Positions 21,987 to 31,463 are shown, numbered from the stretch's first letter. The stretch is 64,000 nucleotides of DNA from Pyrinomonadaceae bacterium (GCA_963748605.1 CAVVJS010000011.1:17963-81962), one strand, 5' to 3'. The notes: generated by a model not told the origin, from the letters alone. Numbers and translations: made by a program.

Positions 21987-23066
21987 TCATCTCAGCCCCA
22001 GCACGCTTCCCTGCGAAGCCAGCGGCGGTGGCGGCATTGCTCCCGGACTCTGCACGATCGCAGGAGCGAATGGCGAGGTAACGTTTATGTCAGGCATCTC
22101 CCCGAGGTGCTGCGCCGCCATCAGCTCAATGTCGTAACCCTCATGTCTCACGCGTTCATCAACGTAGAGCAGCGACAACCCGAGCATCCACACTGGGGCC
22201 AGCACGATCGAGCTGAGTGGTTCCATCACGCTGTACCCAATCGCGTACCAGGCCGGCCAGTTAGCCGCGCTCCAGGGTAACGGATCGATCCCGTTAAGAA
22301 AGCCATACAGGCCGAGAGGAGCTATCAAAATCATGAGGGCGGAATAGGTGGCGAAGGCTATGAAGAGTGTCATTGCCATCAAGCGCCGGACATTCCCCCG
22401 CGCGAGGGTGAAACTTCTGCTGATCGATTCAAACACAGGCTTACCTTCAACCAGCATTGCTTGCGGGACGTAAGCTATGCGGCCCACAAAGAAGAAAAAC
22501 ACCACGATGGCAACCAGAGCTCCGGCAAAAATTCCGACGAAGGCGAGTACCAGGGAAAGCCAGGCAGGTAGAATCTGCGCGGCTATCAAGGCACCGATGC
22601 CAATAATCCCCATAACCATGTAGAAACCAAACAACGCCACGACGAAAGAAATCGCGGCCCAGAACAGCATGGCAATCGAGGCCAGCAACAACGACCAGAA
22701 GCGCGAACGAACAGCAGCGTAAGTGGTGCGTACTGAAACGGGATGATTCCAAAGCAGATGCGTGACGAGATTGCGTGCGGCGCCCCCCATCACAATCAGA
22801 CTAAAAACGTGACCGCCAATGATTAGAAAGAAGCCTGCGATCCCCATCAAAACGTAAAGCGCCAGCTCGGAACTGCTCTCCGTTACGAAGCCACGGCGCC
22901 AGGCAATCGTGAACATCACAGAACCGATGGTGGAAATGACGACGGGAGGCGCGGCGATGCGAATCAGAGTGAAGAGGTGTTGCCGGTAAAGACGAATGGC
23001 CCGATCAATCAAGTCCCCCGCCCCCAGGGGCGCCAGCGGTAACTGATTCACAGGGATGTTAGACAT
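21987..23066 (-). CDS. Polytopic membrane protein (about 8 TM), first gene of the MoxR-associated cluster
   Basis: 359 aa. N-terminus GAGDLIDRAIRLYRQHLFTLIRIAAPP is followed by many hydrophobic helices. I cannot name the family with confidence. Confidence 0.8.
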   Translation of the reverse strand: MSNIPVNQLPLAPLGAGDLIDRAIRLYRQHLFTLIRIAAPPVVISTIGSVMFTIAWRRGFVTESSSELALYVLMGIAGFFLIIGGHVFSLIVMGGAARNLVTHLLWNHPVSVRTTYAAVRSRFWSLLLASIAMLFWAAISFVVALFGFYMVMGIIGIGALIAAQILPAWLSLVLAFVGIFAGALVAIVVFFFFVGRIAYVPQAMLVEGKPVFESISRSFTLARGNVRRLMAMTLFIAFATYSALMILIAPLGLYGFLNGIDPLPWSAANWPAWYAIGYSVMEPLSSIVLAPVWMLGLSLLYVDERVRHEGYDIELMAAQHLGEMPDINVTSPFAPAIVQSPGAMPPPPLASQGSVLGLR

Positions 23067-23225
23067 TGGAGGTAGCTAAAAGCCGGGCGAATCTTAACAC
23101 GCACTATCGAAGGTTAAGCGCTGGTTCGGGTGGGTGTATGGAGTCTTGGAAGTCGGACGTGCCAATTTGTTCTCGACTCAAGCATCCCGTCGCCATCCCA
23201 CAGCCTACTGCCTACTGCCTACTGT

Positions 23226-23867
23226 CTACTGACTTCTGACTCCTGACTCCTGCTTTACCACTTCAAACTCGAAATGAAGTTCCTTACCGCGACAAATGTT
23301 GCTGAGATAGAACTCCCAGAACTTACGCGTGAAGCGAAATGCCGGCCAGCGCTCGTCCAGGTTCGTGATGAGTTCAAGGCCTATTGCTCGCCAGAGATTG
23401 GCAAGACTCACATAAGTCCGCAGCGGCTTCAGCTCAACCGTGGTGTAGAAGGGAAAAGGAGTGCGCTCCGGCATGAAGCAGTTAAAAGAGTAGCTGTTGA
23501 AGTGGTTCTTGTGTGTCGGGTCAGTTGCCCAGTCAGGATTCGAATAGTGAGGTGTAACAATCTTGAGGCGACCGCCGGGTTTCGCAATGCGATGTAGTTC
23601 CGTTACAAAAGTCATTACATCGGGAACATGTTCGATCACATGGCGGCAGATGATCTCGTCAAACTCGTTATCTTTAAAAGGATAGGGAACGACGCCTAGA
23701 TCATGGATCACATCCGCTTGAGTTCGCGGATTCGAATCGATACCGATCGCGCCTGGGTATTTGTTTGCGCCGCAGCCGACGTCGAGAATTCTAGGGCATG
23801 TCTTGTTTGACGCTGACAGGTTTCTTGACGAAACAGTCATCGGAACGTTCTCGGTGGCTGAATGCAT
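23226..23867 (-). CDS. Class I SAM-dependent methyltransferase
   Basis: Motif I ILDVGCGAN and post-I/II segments (FDEIICRHVIEHV, KPGGRLKIVTP). The ORF start at 23918 (MLSLCFTGLKPGVNE) is repeat-encoded, so ATG 23867 is preferred. The last codons lie in a CCTACTG-type array. Confidence 0.85.
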   Translation of the reverse strand: MHSATENVPMTVSSRNLSASNKTCPRILDVGCGANKYPGAIGIDSNPRTQADVIHDLGVVPYPFKDNEFDEIICRHVIEHVPDVMTFVTELHRIAKPGGRLKIVTPHYSNPDWATDPTHKNHFNSYSFNCFMPERTPFPFYTTVELKPLRTYVSLANLWRAIGLELITNLDERWPAFRFTRKFWEFYLSNICRGKELHFEFEVVKQESGVRSQ

Positions 23868-23882
23868 GTTCTTCTCATTCAC

Positions 23883-24031
23883 ACCGGGCTTTAGCCCGGT
23901 GAAACACAGGCTAAGCATTCTAACCGTTTCAACGGTTTGACGGGATTGCTCGTTTGAAAAAGAAACCGTTAAAACGGTTCCTCAAATTGTTTTCAACGCC
24001 CACCACCGGGCTGAAGCCCGGTGTGAATGAG
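23883..24031. repeat. Nested palindromic element (CACCGGGCTKWAGCCCGGTG arms)
   Basis: ctcattcacaccgggctttagcccggtg at 23883-23910 faces caccgggctgaagcccggtgtgaatgag at 24004-24031. Internal hairpins aaccgtttcaacggtt and gaaaccgttaaaacggttc. Confidence 0.88.
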
Positions 24032-25360
24032 AAGCTCAGCGAACGACCTGATGTCGGCGGGAAAGACTGGAACGTTTAATGCTCCGCGCAGTTCTTTAAG
24101 CGACATGCCATCAAGAAAAATCTCTTCGTCGCTCTTCAGCACAGTCCTGGGTATGACTACGAAGTCGCCTTCTATTTGATCGCGCGCTGCGAGGAAGTCA
24201 CCACCAGTCAGTAAACCAGCCACAGCGACATCGCCTCCGAAGTAATTGTTCTCAACCGCGACGACCTTAAACTGCGTTCCCGTTTGCGCGTTAAGTTTCT
24301 CAACCAGGTTCTCGAGTATCGGAGAGAACATCGTTCCGGTGAGGATCGTGCCACGTACGTTGCGCGCTTCGGCAAGGGGCCGGCGCGCCAGTCGTTTCAG
24401 CAGCTTCTCGAATTCGCTTTCAAAAGATCGCACCATGCCGATCCCATCTTCGATCTGCGGATAGTTGCCATAGTGAGTCCTGCCAGGGATGCCATCGCCC
24501 GCTCGTAAGTAAATCTCGTCACCAAGGAAAGCAAAAGTTGTCCCCAGCCGCCGACGCAATTTCTTCTGCAACTCAGTTACTTCATCGATCACGTGGCGAC
24601 AGAATTCAGCAGTCACAGGCGTTAGGCGCTCGTCAGTGTTGTAGCGAGTCAAAGCAAGGGGAACAATTGCTACGCTCGTGATGCGCGGATAATCCGCGGC
24701 AAGATCATTGATCGTGCGCTGCAGTATTTCGCCGTCGTTGATTCCCGGACAAAGCACCACTTGAGCATGGATCTCGATTCCAGCGTCGAGCAGTCGCGCC
24801 AGATTTGTTGAGATGTCCGCTCGCTTCTTATCAACTCCCAGCAAATGCGCTCGCACGTCTAGATCGGTGGCGTGAATCGAAACGTACTGCGGCGAAAGGC
24901 GCTGCTCAATGATGCGGCGCATTTCATCTTCGGTAATCGAAGTCAGGGTGGTGTAGTTCCCGTAAAGGAATGAAAGGCGAATATCTTCGTCGCGGACGAA
25001 GAGCGAAGGCCGAGCATCCTCAGGATTGCCTTTGCAAAAACAGAAGATGCATTCGTTGGCGCACTGACGCGGAACGATCTGTTCGAAGCTGAACCCAAAA
25101 TCCTCGCCTTCGTCGCGTTCAATTTGCAGCTCCCAATCCTCGCCGCTACTTTTCCGCACCTCAATCGTTAGTTCGGTTTCGCCGCCTGTCTGAAAGCGAA
25201 AGTCGAGGTAGTCGCGGATGGTCCGCCCGTTTACTTTTGTGATCCGATCGCCCGCCTCGAGTTCAAGCTCAGCGCCGATGCCGCTGGGCGTAACTTCAGT
25301 AATCTCGGCGCCGCGACGCCGAATACTGGTGACCGCTGGTGTAACTGCGAATTCGTACAT
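23993..25360 (-). CDS. PDZ + radical-SAM-like + DUF512 protein
   Basis: 455 aa. N-terminal PDZ-like segment (GIGAELELEAGDRITKVNG). CxxxCxxC cluster CANECIFC. DUF512-type C-terminal half. The last ~13 codons (HTGLQPGGGR) are encoded by the palindromic repeat. Confidence 0.82.
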   Translation of the reverse strand: MYEFAVTPAVTSIRRRGAEITEVTPSGIGAELELEAGDRITKVNGRTIRDYLDFRFQTGGETELTIEVRKSSGEDWELQIERDEGEDFGFSFEQIVPRQCANECIFCFCKGNPEDARPSLFVRDEDIRLSFLYGNYTTLTSITEDEMRRIIEQRLSPQYVSIHATDLDVRAHLLGVDKKRADISTNLARLLDAGIEIHAQVVLCPGINDGEILQRTINDLAADYPRITSVAIVPLALTRYNTDERLTPVTAEFCRHVIDEVTELQKKLRRRLGTTFAFLGDEIYLRAGDGIPGRTHYGNYPQIEDGIGMVRSFESEFEKLLKRLARRPLAEARNVRGTILTGTMFSPILENLVEKLNAQTGTQFKVVAVENNYFGGDVAVAGLLTGGDFLAARDQIEGDFVVIPRTVLKSDEEIFLDGMSLKELRGALNVPVFPADIRSFAELLIHTGLQPGGGR

Positions 25361-25367
25361 AAAAATT

Positions 25368-25556
25368 CAGGAGCAGACGGCAGCAGCAGACGGCAGGAGT
25401 GATGAGGCAGAAGGCAGAAGGCAGGAAGCCCAGACTTGTGACTCCGGATTCAAGTTTGTTGAAATGGTGCGCATTGCCCGCTTTCGTAACGCCGACTACT
25501 TAAAATTCTTCTCAGCCTACCGCGTGCTGCCTACTGCCGTCTGCCAACTGCCTACT
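25368..25556. repeat. Inverted CAGTAGG/CCTACTG-type short-period arms
   Basis: caggagcagacggcagcagcagacggcagg...ggcagaaggcagaaggcagg at 25368-25429 faces cagcctaccgcgtgctgcctactgccgtctgccaactgcctact at 25513-25556. Confidence 0.8.
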
Positions 25557-25759
25557 TGGTTAGGACTATAACAAAGGCTTCGGAATTTTGTTGAATGGGG
25601 GCCTCATCTTGGTCTGGCGCCTTTTATGGGATTTTCGGTCGATTCGACCTATGTAAGCTAAGGAGCGCTCCTGATGTAAACCGCGCACAACAAGTACCGC
25701 CAAGGTAATCCCCAAATTCGCTTTTGAAACCGCGCATCGACTTAACGCTGGAACAACTT

Positions 25760-27164
25760 ATGAAACGAAAATCCACCACCCTCTTTGCACCTGTGATGCT
25801 GGTCATCTTAGCCGTTTCGCAATTTGTTGCGGGCCAGTCGGAAACCCCTGGCGCGGCTACTGATGGCGTCGGGCAACAATCAATTGCTTCCGCCGATACG
25901 TCGAAGAGCAGAGATTTGATCGTCTCGCCGGAAGGGCAGAAACATTATGAAGCTGGAGTTCGCCTGTATGGTTCAGCGAAATTTTCCGAGGCCCTGGCCG
26001 AATTCAAAGAAGCGACAAAAGTTCTGCCGAATGACGCGCAGGCTCACTTCATGCAGGGAATGTCGGAAGCAAGATTGCAACTCTACAAAGACGCGGTGGA
26101 ATCATTCAAACGCGCTGTCCGCATTAAACCCGAATGGCCTGACGCTCAATTTCGACTCGGCATCGTTTCGCATGTCACTGGTCGCCGAGTGTTAGCCATT
26201 GACGCCTATACCTCACTGGTCAAACAGAACTCACCGCTGGCAAACATTCTCTACCGGTGCGATCAAGGACGAGAAGAACCGCGACGGCGTTGCGCCCGAG
26301 GAAAGCGTAGGAGACGATTTTTGGTCTTACACGGAAAAGCCTATCGTGGCCGAGAAAGTCCCTGCCTCCGCACCGGAAAAGATCCCGGCCCCGAAGGAAA
26401 CTACTCCGGCGCCGCAGCCTACAGTTGCGGCCCCCAGTCTCTCCGACATTTATCGCATCGGAGTCGGCGACATTCTCGACATCCGGCTTCTCAACTCCGT
26501 TACCCCGAGGTCAACGCTTTACACGGTTCTCGAGGGCGGTCTGATCGACTATCCAATGGTTGGCGGACCGATGATGGTTGCCGGCCTGACGATTGATGAA
26601 GTCCAGACGAACCTTGCTCTTGAGTTGAGGCGGCGTGCGGTTGAGGAAAACGCCCGGGTGACGGTAGGAGTGCGACATCACGCGAGCCACACGGTAAGGA
26701 TCTCGGGCCTCGTGAGTCTTCCCGGAACAAAATTCCTGCGACGCGAAGCGGTGCCGCTCTACGTAATCATGGCCGAGTCTCAAGCGCGCCAGGACGCCGG
26801 ACGCGTGATCATCATGCGATCAGGAAGCGAAGTAATACTTGATCTGGGTGAGCCAGCCTCGTTGAATTTTTTGATCAATTCAGGCGATCTAATTACGGTC
26901 GCTGCCCGGCCGCAACAGTTCTATTACATTGGCGGCAAAATAAAATATCCGGGTCAGAGGACCTTTCAAACGGGTCTGACTCTGTTGCAGGCGATGTTAG
27001 CGGCGGGCGGTCCCACCCGGCAGGGTGACAACATGGTAGACCTCTCTCGCGAGAGCGGCACTGGCCACTTGATAACAAAAACATTCAGCTTGAAAGAGAT
27101 CAAGGCCGGCAAGATTCCGGATCCGGGCTTGCAGCCTGGCGATCGGATTGATGTGGTGAAGTAG
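25760..27164 (+). CDS. Signal peptide + TPR + polysaccharide export (Wza-like Poly_export/SLBB) protein, split by an apparent frameshift near 26250-26262
   Basis: ORF 25724..26596 supplies the signal peptide (MKRKSTTLFAPVMLVILAVSQFVAGQ, ATG 25760) and TPRs. ORF 26199..27164 has no signal peptide but carries the export domains (YRIGVGDILDIRL; VRISGLVSLPGTKF; YYIGGKIKYPGQ; PGDRIDVVK). Confidence 0.8.
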
Positions 27165-27203
27165 TGAGTAGGGAGAGCTAGTTCGGAAAGCGAATCAAGC
27201 AGC

Positions 27204-27228
27204 GCGGGTAAAACCACCCGCTTTGACT
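27204..27228 (+). terminator. Weak candidate terminator after the export gene
   Basis: GCGGGT-aaaacc-ACCCGC followed by tttgactt. Confidence 0.35.
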
Positions 27229-27250
27229 TACTGACACTAGCGCGAAAACA

Positions 27251-27326
27251 AATTGGCCACAGACGAACACGGACAACACTGATCAGTTATTTGATCTGTT
27301 ACTCTGTGTTCATCTGTGGCTAATTC
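27251..27326. repeat. Inverted pair of a B-repeat variant
   Basis: aattggccacagacgaacacggacaacactgatcag faces tgatctgttactctgtgttcatctgtggctaatt. Confidence 0.8.
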
Positions 27327-27402
27327 ATTTTTCGCGAAAGCATTCTGCCTTTGAGCAAAGTCAACTTCAGAATTTTGGCTGCCGACTCTTTATGATCGCA
27401 AA

Positions 27403-27855
27403 TCACCGACGCTTAGCGGGAGCAATTAGTTTCCACCCAGCGAATGGTTTCGGAGTGGCACAGCTCGGGCTGCCGTCCTTTCCGGTGCCGGCCACATGAG
27501 TTTCTAGAACCGACTCCCCTTCAGTTCCCTCCTCCACAATCTCCCAGGTGATGCCGCGCAAGGGTATTTTCAACCGGCGGCTCCAGCATGTTCCTGCTTG
27601 GCCTGCATAAGTGCCGATGTCGATGTAGACGAATCTTTCACCGGTAGGACCCTGCACAAAGGGACCGAGAAAGTTTGGCGGGCCATTTTTGCCGGGGTGC
27701 TTTGCTCGAACAGTGAATTCAAAATGTAGGTCCGGGCCTTTGGACCTTTGCGTTTGGATCGTCTCGTAATCGACACCACGACCTTTTTGCAGACCGAAGT
27801 CCACGCCTGCCGGCGGTTTTTCCAATACAATTCGCAGTTTTAGTTCGTGTTCCAT
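27403..27855 (-). CDS. Hypothetical protein (150 aa; possibly DUF5990-like)
   Basis: Clean ORF with non-repetitive sequence (FVQGPTGERFVYIDIGTYAGQ). The family name is from memory only. Confidence 0.65.
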   Translation of the reverse strand: MEHELKLRIVLEKPPAGVDFGLQKGRGVDYETIQTQRSKGPDLHFEFTVRAKHPGKNGPPNFLGPFVQGPTGERFVYIDIGTYAGQAGTCWSRRLKIPLRGITWEIVEEGTEGESVLETHVAGTGKDGSPSCATPKPFAGWKLIAPAKRR

Positions 27856-27872
27856 GGTCTAGAGGTAGAAGG

Positions 27873-28222
27873 TAACGCTAAGACGCAGAGCCGCCAAGTC
27901 GCAGAGTGTATAAGCGCCTTCATCGCATTCTACTCTATTATCCTTTGCGCCTTGGCGACTCTGCGCCTTGGCGTTAATTCCTTCGCCTATCAGCGCCGGG
28001 AACTTGAAATCCAGAACGCGGAACTCCGATGCCGTCTGCACTTCTCATGCGAGGAAAAAACGCCACGACGCCCAAGTCGCAAAGACGCAAAGAGAATAAA
28101 GCCGTTTAGCTGCTTTGCTTTTGTTTTCTGCTCTCTGCGTCTTGGCGACTTCGCGTCTCGGCGGTTTAATCCGTTGGCTAACGGGTTCAGGGGAACTTGA
28201 ACCCAGAACTGGAACTCTTGTA
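27873..28222. repeat. Two tandem copies of a ~175-bp element, each an inverted pair of GCCAAGACGCAGAG-type arms plus a GGGAACTTGAA tail
   Basis: Copy 1 is 27873-28030 (aacgctaagacgcagagccgccaagtcgcagag / ctttgcgccttggcgactctgcgccttggcgtt). Copy 2 is 28048-28222 (aacgccacgacgcccaagtcgcaaagacgcaaagag / ctctctgcgtcttggcgacttcgcgtctcggcggtt). Confidence 0.85.
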
Positions 28223-28366
28223 AATCAGCAATTTGATTGACAATCACGCTGCTGATTTGTAAGTTATCCAGCGCCATCCATTCCAAGTTGGTTGTGTCCC
28301 AGGGACGCCGCCATTCAAGTTTAGCTTTACGTTATCCAATCTGCGTCGCTAAGAGAGAACTTTCCG

Positions 28367-28876
28367 ATGAATAACAAATTAAAGCCGGCACTCCTCGGCG
28401 GCGGAGCTTTAGGACTGCTGCTCGTAATCACTGTTCTCATCTCGTCTTTCGTGCCATTCATCGGTTGTTGCAATTGCCTTTGGCCGATCGCCGCCGGAGT
28501 GCTCGCCACCATGTTCTATGTGAAAGAGTCTCCGACGCCTGCCACAATCGCGGATGGCGCAATTGTCGGGGCGCTCGGAGGCGTTGTCGGTGGCTTGATT
28601 TACCTGGTCATAGGGTTGCCACTCTCAATTTTGATCAATGGCGTTGGCGCCATGGACGCCCAAGTGCGCCAGATGAGTCCTGATTTCCCGATTGGGGGCA
28701 TGGTTTTGCTACTCATCGGTGGCGTTTTCGGGTTTGTAGTTTTTGTGGTGCTGGCAACAGTTGGTGGCGTGATTGGGATACCGATTTTTGAAAAACGAAA
28801 AGTCACTATCGATACACCACCACCGCCGCAAGATTTCGGTTCCGGCCCCGGCGGAACCTACGGCACAGGTTTGTAA
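28367..28876 (+). CDS. Small Gly-rich integral membrane protein (4 TM)
   Basis: 169 aa with four hydrophobic helices and a Pro/Gly-rich tail (PPPPQDFGSGPGGTYGTGL). Confidence 0.72.
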   Translation: MNNKLKPALLGGGALGLLLVITVLISSFVPFIGCCNCLWPIAAGVLATMFYVKESPTPATIADGAIVGALGGVVGGLIYLVIGLPLSILINGVGAMDAQVRQMSPDFPIGGMVLLLIGGVFGFVVFVVLATVGGVIGIPIFEKRKVTIDTPPPPQDFGSGPGGTYGTGL

Positions 28877-28934
28877 TTAAAAACGGATTGCTACTAACAG
28901 TTTGCGTTAAAACCCAGAGAGCAGGAGATTCTAA

Positions 28935-29231
28935 ATGGCACAACAGTGGACCCCTCCACCACCCCCCGGAGTCGCTCCGGCTAACGTCCCAAACTATTTG
29001 ATCCCGGCGATCGTTTCGTTGATTTGCTGCTGGCCGCTCGCCATTGTCGCGATCATTTTCGCGGCCCAGGTAAACGGCAAAGTCGCAGCCGGCGATATTC
29101 AGGGAGCAATGGATGCTTCTAAGAAGGCCAAGCTGTTTAGCTTTATCGCAATTGGTCTCGGCGCGGCGTTCATTTTGTTCTACATCGTGTTCTTTGTAAT
29201 CGTGGGCGGGTTGGGAGCAATCCAAAGCTAA
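28935..29231 (+). CDS. CD225/dispanin (IFITM-like) family membrane protein
   Basis: 98 aa. Pro-rich N-terminus, then the family core NYLIPAIVSLICCWPLAIVAIIFAAQV and a second TM. Confidence 0.85.
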   Translation: MAQQWTPPPPPGVAPANVPNYLIPAIVSLICCWPLAIVAIIFAAQVNGKVAAGDIQGAMDASKKAKLFSFIAIGLGAAFILFYIVFFVIVGGLGAIQS

Positions 29232-29335
29232 AACTCATCACCGGCCTCAAACTGCATGTGTGTTAGCGACGATGCTAACTTGCGCCGCAGTTATCAGAGT
29301 TTAATTCAGCGAAAGTAACCAGCGGAGAACGTTCA

Positions 29336-29710
29336 ATGACCAAATATTGTACAAAGTGCGGGGCGCAAAATGATGAAACGGCCCAGTACTGCGCAACCTG
29401 TCAGGCGCTACTGCCAAACGTGGGCTATCAGCCGATGCAGGGGGTTAACCCGGGACAGATGACAGACTGGAAAGCTCAGGGCGCCGATAAGAAACTAGTC
29501 GCCGGCATTTGTGGAATCTTGCTCGGCGGTTTTGGCGTGCATAAGTTCATTCTTGGCTATACCACCGAAGGCGTCATTCAGATCGTGATCACTTTTGTCA
29601 CCTGTGGCGCCGGTTCAATAGTCGGACTAATTGAAGGAATTATCTACCTCACGAAATCTGACGAAGACTTCGTTAGAACTTACATTCAGTCCAAAAAAGG
29701 CTGGTTCTGA
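29336..29710 (+). CDS. Zinc-ribbon + TM2 domain protein
   Basis: MTKYCTKCGAQNDETAQYCATC (CxxC-x10-CxxC), then TM2 core KKLVAGICGILLGGFGVHKFILGY...GIIYL. Confidence 0.88.
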   Translation: MTKYCTKCGAQNDETAQYCATCQALLPNVGYQPMQGVNPGQMTDWKAQGADKKLVAGICGILLGGFGVHKFILGYTTEGVIQIVITFVTCGAGSIVGLIEGIIYLTKSDEDFVRTYIQSKKGWF

Positions 29711-29844
29711 ACCCGAAGTCCAAGGTCCAACGTTTGAACGTCCATTGCCGAGAACGGACATGGGATATCAAACGTTGGATCTTTGGACTGAAGGCTCGAG
29801 ATCCTTTCTCACAGGCTTCGTTCCCATGATAATTTGGGCGTCTC

Positions 29845-30252
29845 ATGGCAGTAACTGAGATAGTCTATCGGCGTACCGGCGTGGTCTTAGTCTGGCTGAT
29901 CATCGTCGCCGGAAGCGTCTGTCTTTTTGTGCTTGAGCCCGGTAAATCGACGCTGCTTCCTGTTTGTCCGTTTCGCCTATTAACCGGATTCACCTGCCCC
30001 GGATGTGGCTCGACGCGAGGGATGCATCAACTGCTTCACGGCAATTTCGCCGCAGCTTTCGAATTTAATCCGCTTTTGCTATTGGCGCTGCCTTTTTTGG
30101 TCTTTGCGCTACTGCGTTATTCCTACCAAGTGTTAAGCGGGCAGCCAATCAAGCACAATTCATTAGCTCCTAAATATATCTACACGATCTTTGGTGTCGT
30201 GCTCTTCTTCTGGATATTTCGCAACACGCCGCTGTATCCGTTTGTTTCGTGA
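29845..30252 (+). CDS. DUF2752 domain membrane protein
   Basis: Signature CPFRLLTGFTCPGCGSTRGMHQLLHG followed by TM helices. Confidence 0.88.
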   Translation: MAVTEIVYRRTGVVLVWLIIVAGSVCLFVLEPGKSTLLPVCPFRLLTGFTCPGCGSTRGMHQLLHGNFAAAFEFNPLLLLALPFLVFALLRYSYQVLSGQPIKHNSLAPKYIYTIFGVVLFFWIFRNTPLYPFVS

Positions 30253-30526
30253 ACAGGAGAACAGGAAAACAGAGGAAGAGGGGAAGAGTAAGAGACTCGG
30301 GGACACGGGGACACGGGGACGCGGAGACACGGAACGCGGAGACACGGAATCCGCGGAGACAGAAGATGATGGAATGGAGAGAATCAAATGAGAAAACTTG
30401 GCACGATTTTGTTAATTAGCATAGTTACCTGCGGATTGGTCCCAGCATCACCCCCTCCCTCCATCGCCCCATCACCCCGTCTCCCTTTCTCCGTGTCCCC
30501 GCGTCTCCCCGTCCCCGCGTCCCCGC
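30251..30526. repeat. Inverted GGGGACACG/CGTGTCCCC short-period arms flanking the DUF1028 start codon and signal peptide
   Basis: Left arm 30251-30360 (..ggggacacggggacacggggacgcggagacacgg..). Right arm 30475-30526 (ccccgtctccctttctccgtgtccccgcgtctccccgtccccgcgtccccgc), which is translated as SPRLPFSVSPRLPVPASP. Confidence 0.82.
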
Positions 30527-31455
30527 ATCGCCCTCAGTCTCGTCCCGTCCACACCTATTCGATCGTCGCGCGCGATCCGGCTACCGGCGAAATGGGTGTT
30601 GCTGTTCAGTCACACTGGTTTTCAGTGGGACCTGTGGTCGCCTGGGCTGAAGCTGGCGTCGGCGCCATCGCCACGCAATCTTTCGTCGATCCCAGTTACG
30701 GAAAACTTGGGCTTGATCTGATGCGGGCCGGCAAAAGCGCACCCGACACTTTGAAAGCTTTGTTGGCGGGAGACGAAGGCCGGGAAGTGAGGCAAGTGGC
30801 GATGATTGATGCGCAGGGCCGTGTCGATGCCTGGACAGGAAAGAATGATATTCAGGCGGCCGGCCACATCGTCGGGAAAAACTACTCCGTGCAAGCCAAT
30901 CTGATGCTCAATGAAAAAGTCTGGCCGGCGATGTCGACCGCTTTTGAGACTACAAAAGGCGACCTCGCAGAACGAATGTTAGCAGCCCTGGATGCCGCGC
31001 AGGCCGTGGGTGGCGACATTCGTGGAAAGCAATCCGCGGCGCTGGTCGTCGTCACCGGGAAGCCAACCGGACAAGCATGGAAGGATCGCATTTTTGATCT
31101 GCGCGTTGACGACAGCCCTGACCCGCTGGCGGAATTGCGACGCCTGGTAAAACTACAACGCGCCTACAATCATATGAATGCCGGTGACCTCGCGGTTGAG
31201 CACAAAGATAATGAGGGAGCTTTACGTGAGTATGGGGCGGCGGAAAAGCTTGTACCGGACAACGCCGAGATGATCTATTGGCACGCCGTGGCGCTGGTGA
31301 ACATGGGACGAGTGGACGACTCGCTGCCGCTGTTTCGCAAAGTGTTTACGATGGATCCGAACTGGGCCACCCTCACGCCGCGTTTACCGAAGTCAGGACT
31401 TCTGCCTAATGATCAGAAGATAATCGACAAAATTCTGTCTGTGGCGAAACCGTGA
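30388..31455 (+). CDS. Secreted DUF1028 (Ntn-hydrolase fold) protein with C-terminal TPR-like tail
   Basis: Signal peptide MRKLGTILLISIVTCGLVPA, a repeat-encoded Pro-rich linker, then the DUF1028 core starting TYSIVARDPATGEMGVAVQSHWF. Confidence 0.88.
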   Translation: MRKLGTILLISIVTCGLVPASPPPSIAPSPRLPFSVSPRLPVPASPHRPQSRPVHTYSIVARDPATGEMGVAVQSHWFSVGPVVAWAEAGVGAIATQSFVDPSYGKLGLDLMRAGKSAPDTLKALLAGDEGREVRQVAMIDAQGRVDAWTGKNDIQAAGHIVGKNYSVQANLMLNEKVWPAMSTAFETTKGDLAERMLAALDAAQAVGGDIRGKQSAALVVVTGKPTGQAWKDRIFDLRVDDSPDPLAELRRLVKLQRAYNHMNAGDLAVEHKDNEGALREYGAAEKLVPDNAEMIYWHAVALVNMGRVDDSLPLFRKVFTMDPNWATLTPRLPKSGLLPNDQKIIDKILSVAKP

Positions 31456-31463
31456 AGACGGAT

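Noticed and set aside
26199-27164. Treating the downstream halves of split genes (26199.., 11780.., 49560..50816, 62561..) as independent genes with their own starts.
   Set aside because: The reading frames are open and protein-like upstream of the nominal starts. The pieces lack the signal peptides or N-terminal domains their families require, and the upstream ORFs supply exactly those parts. A frameshift is the simpler explanation.
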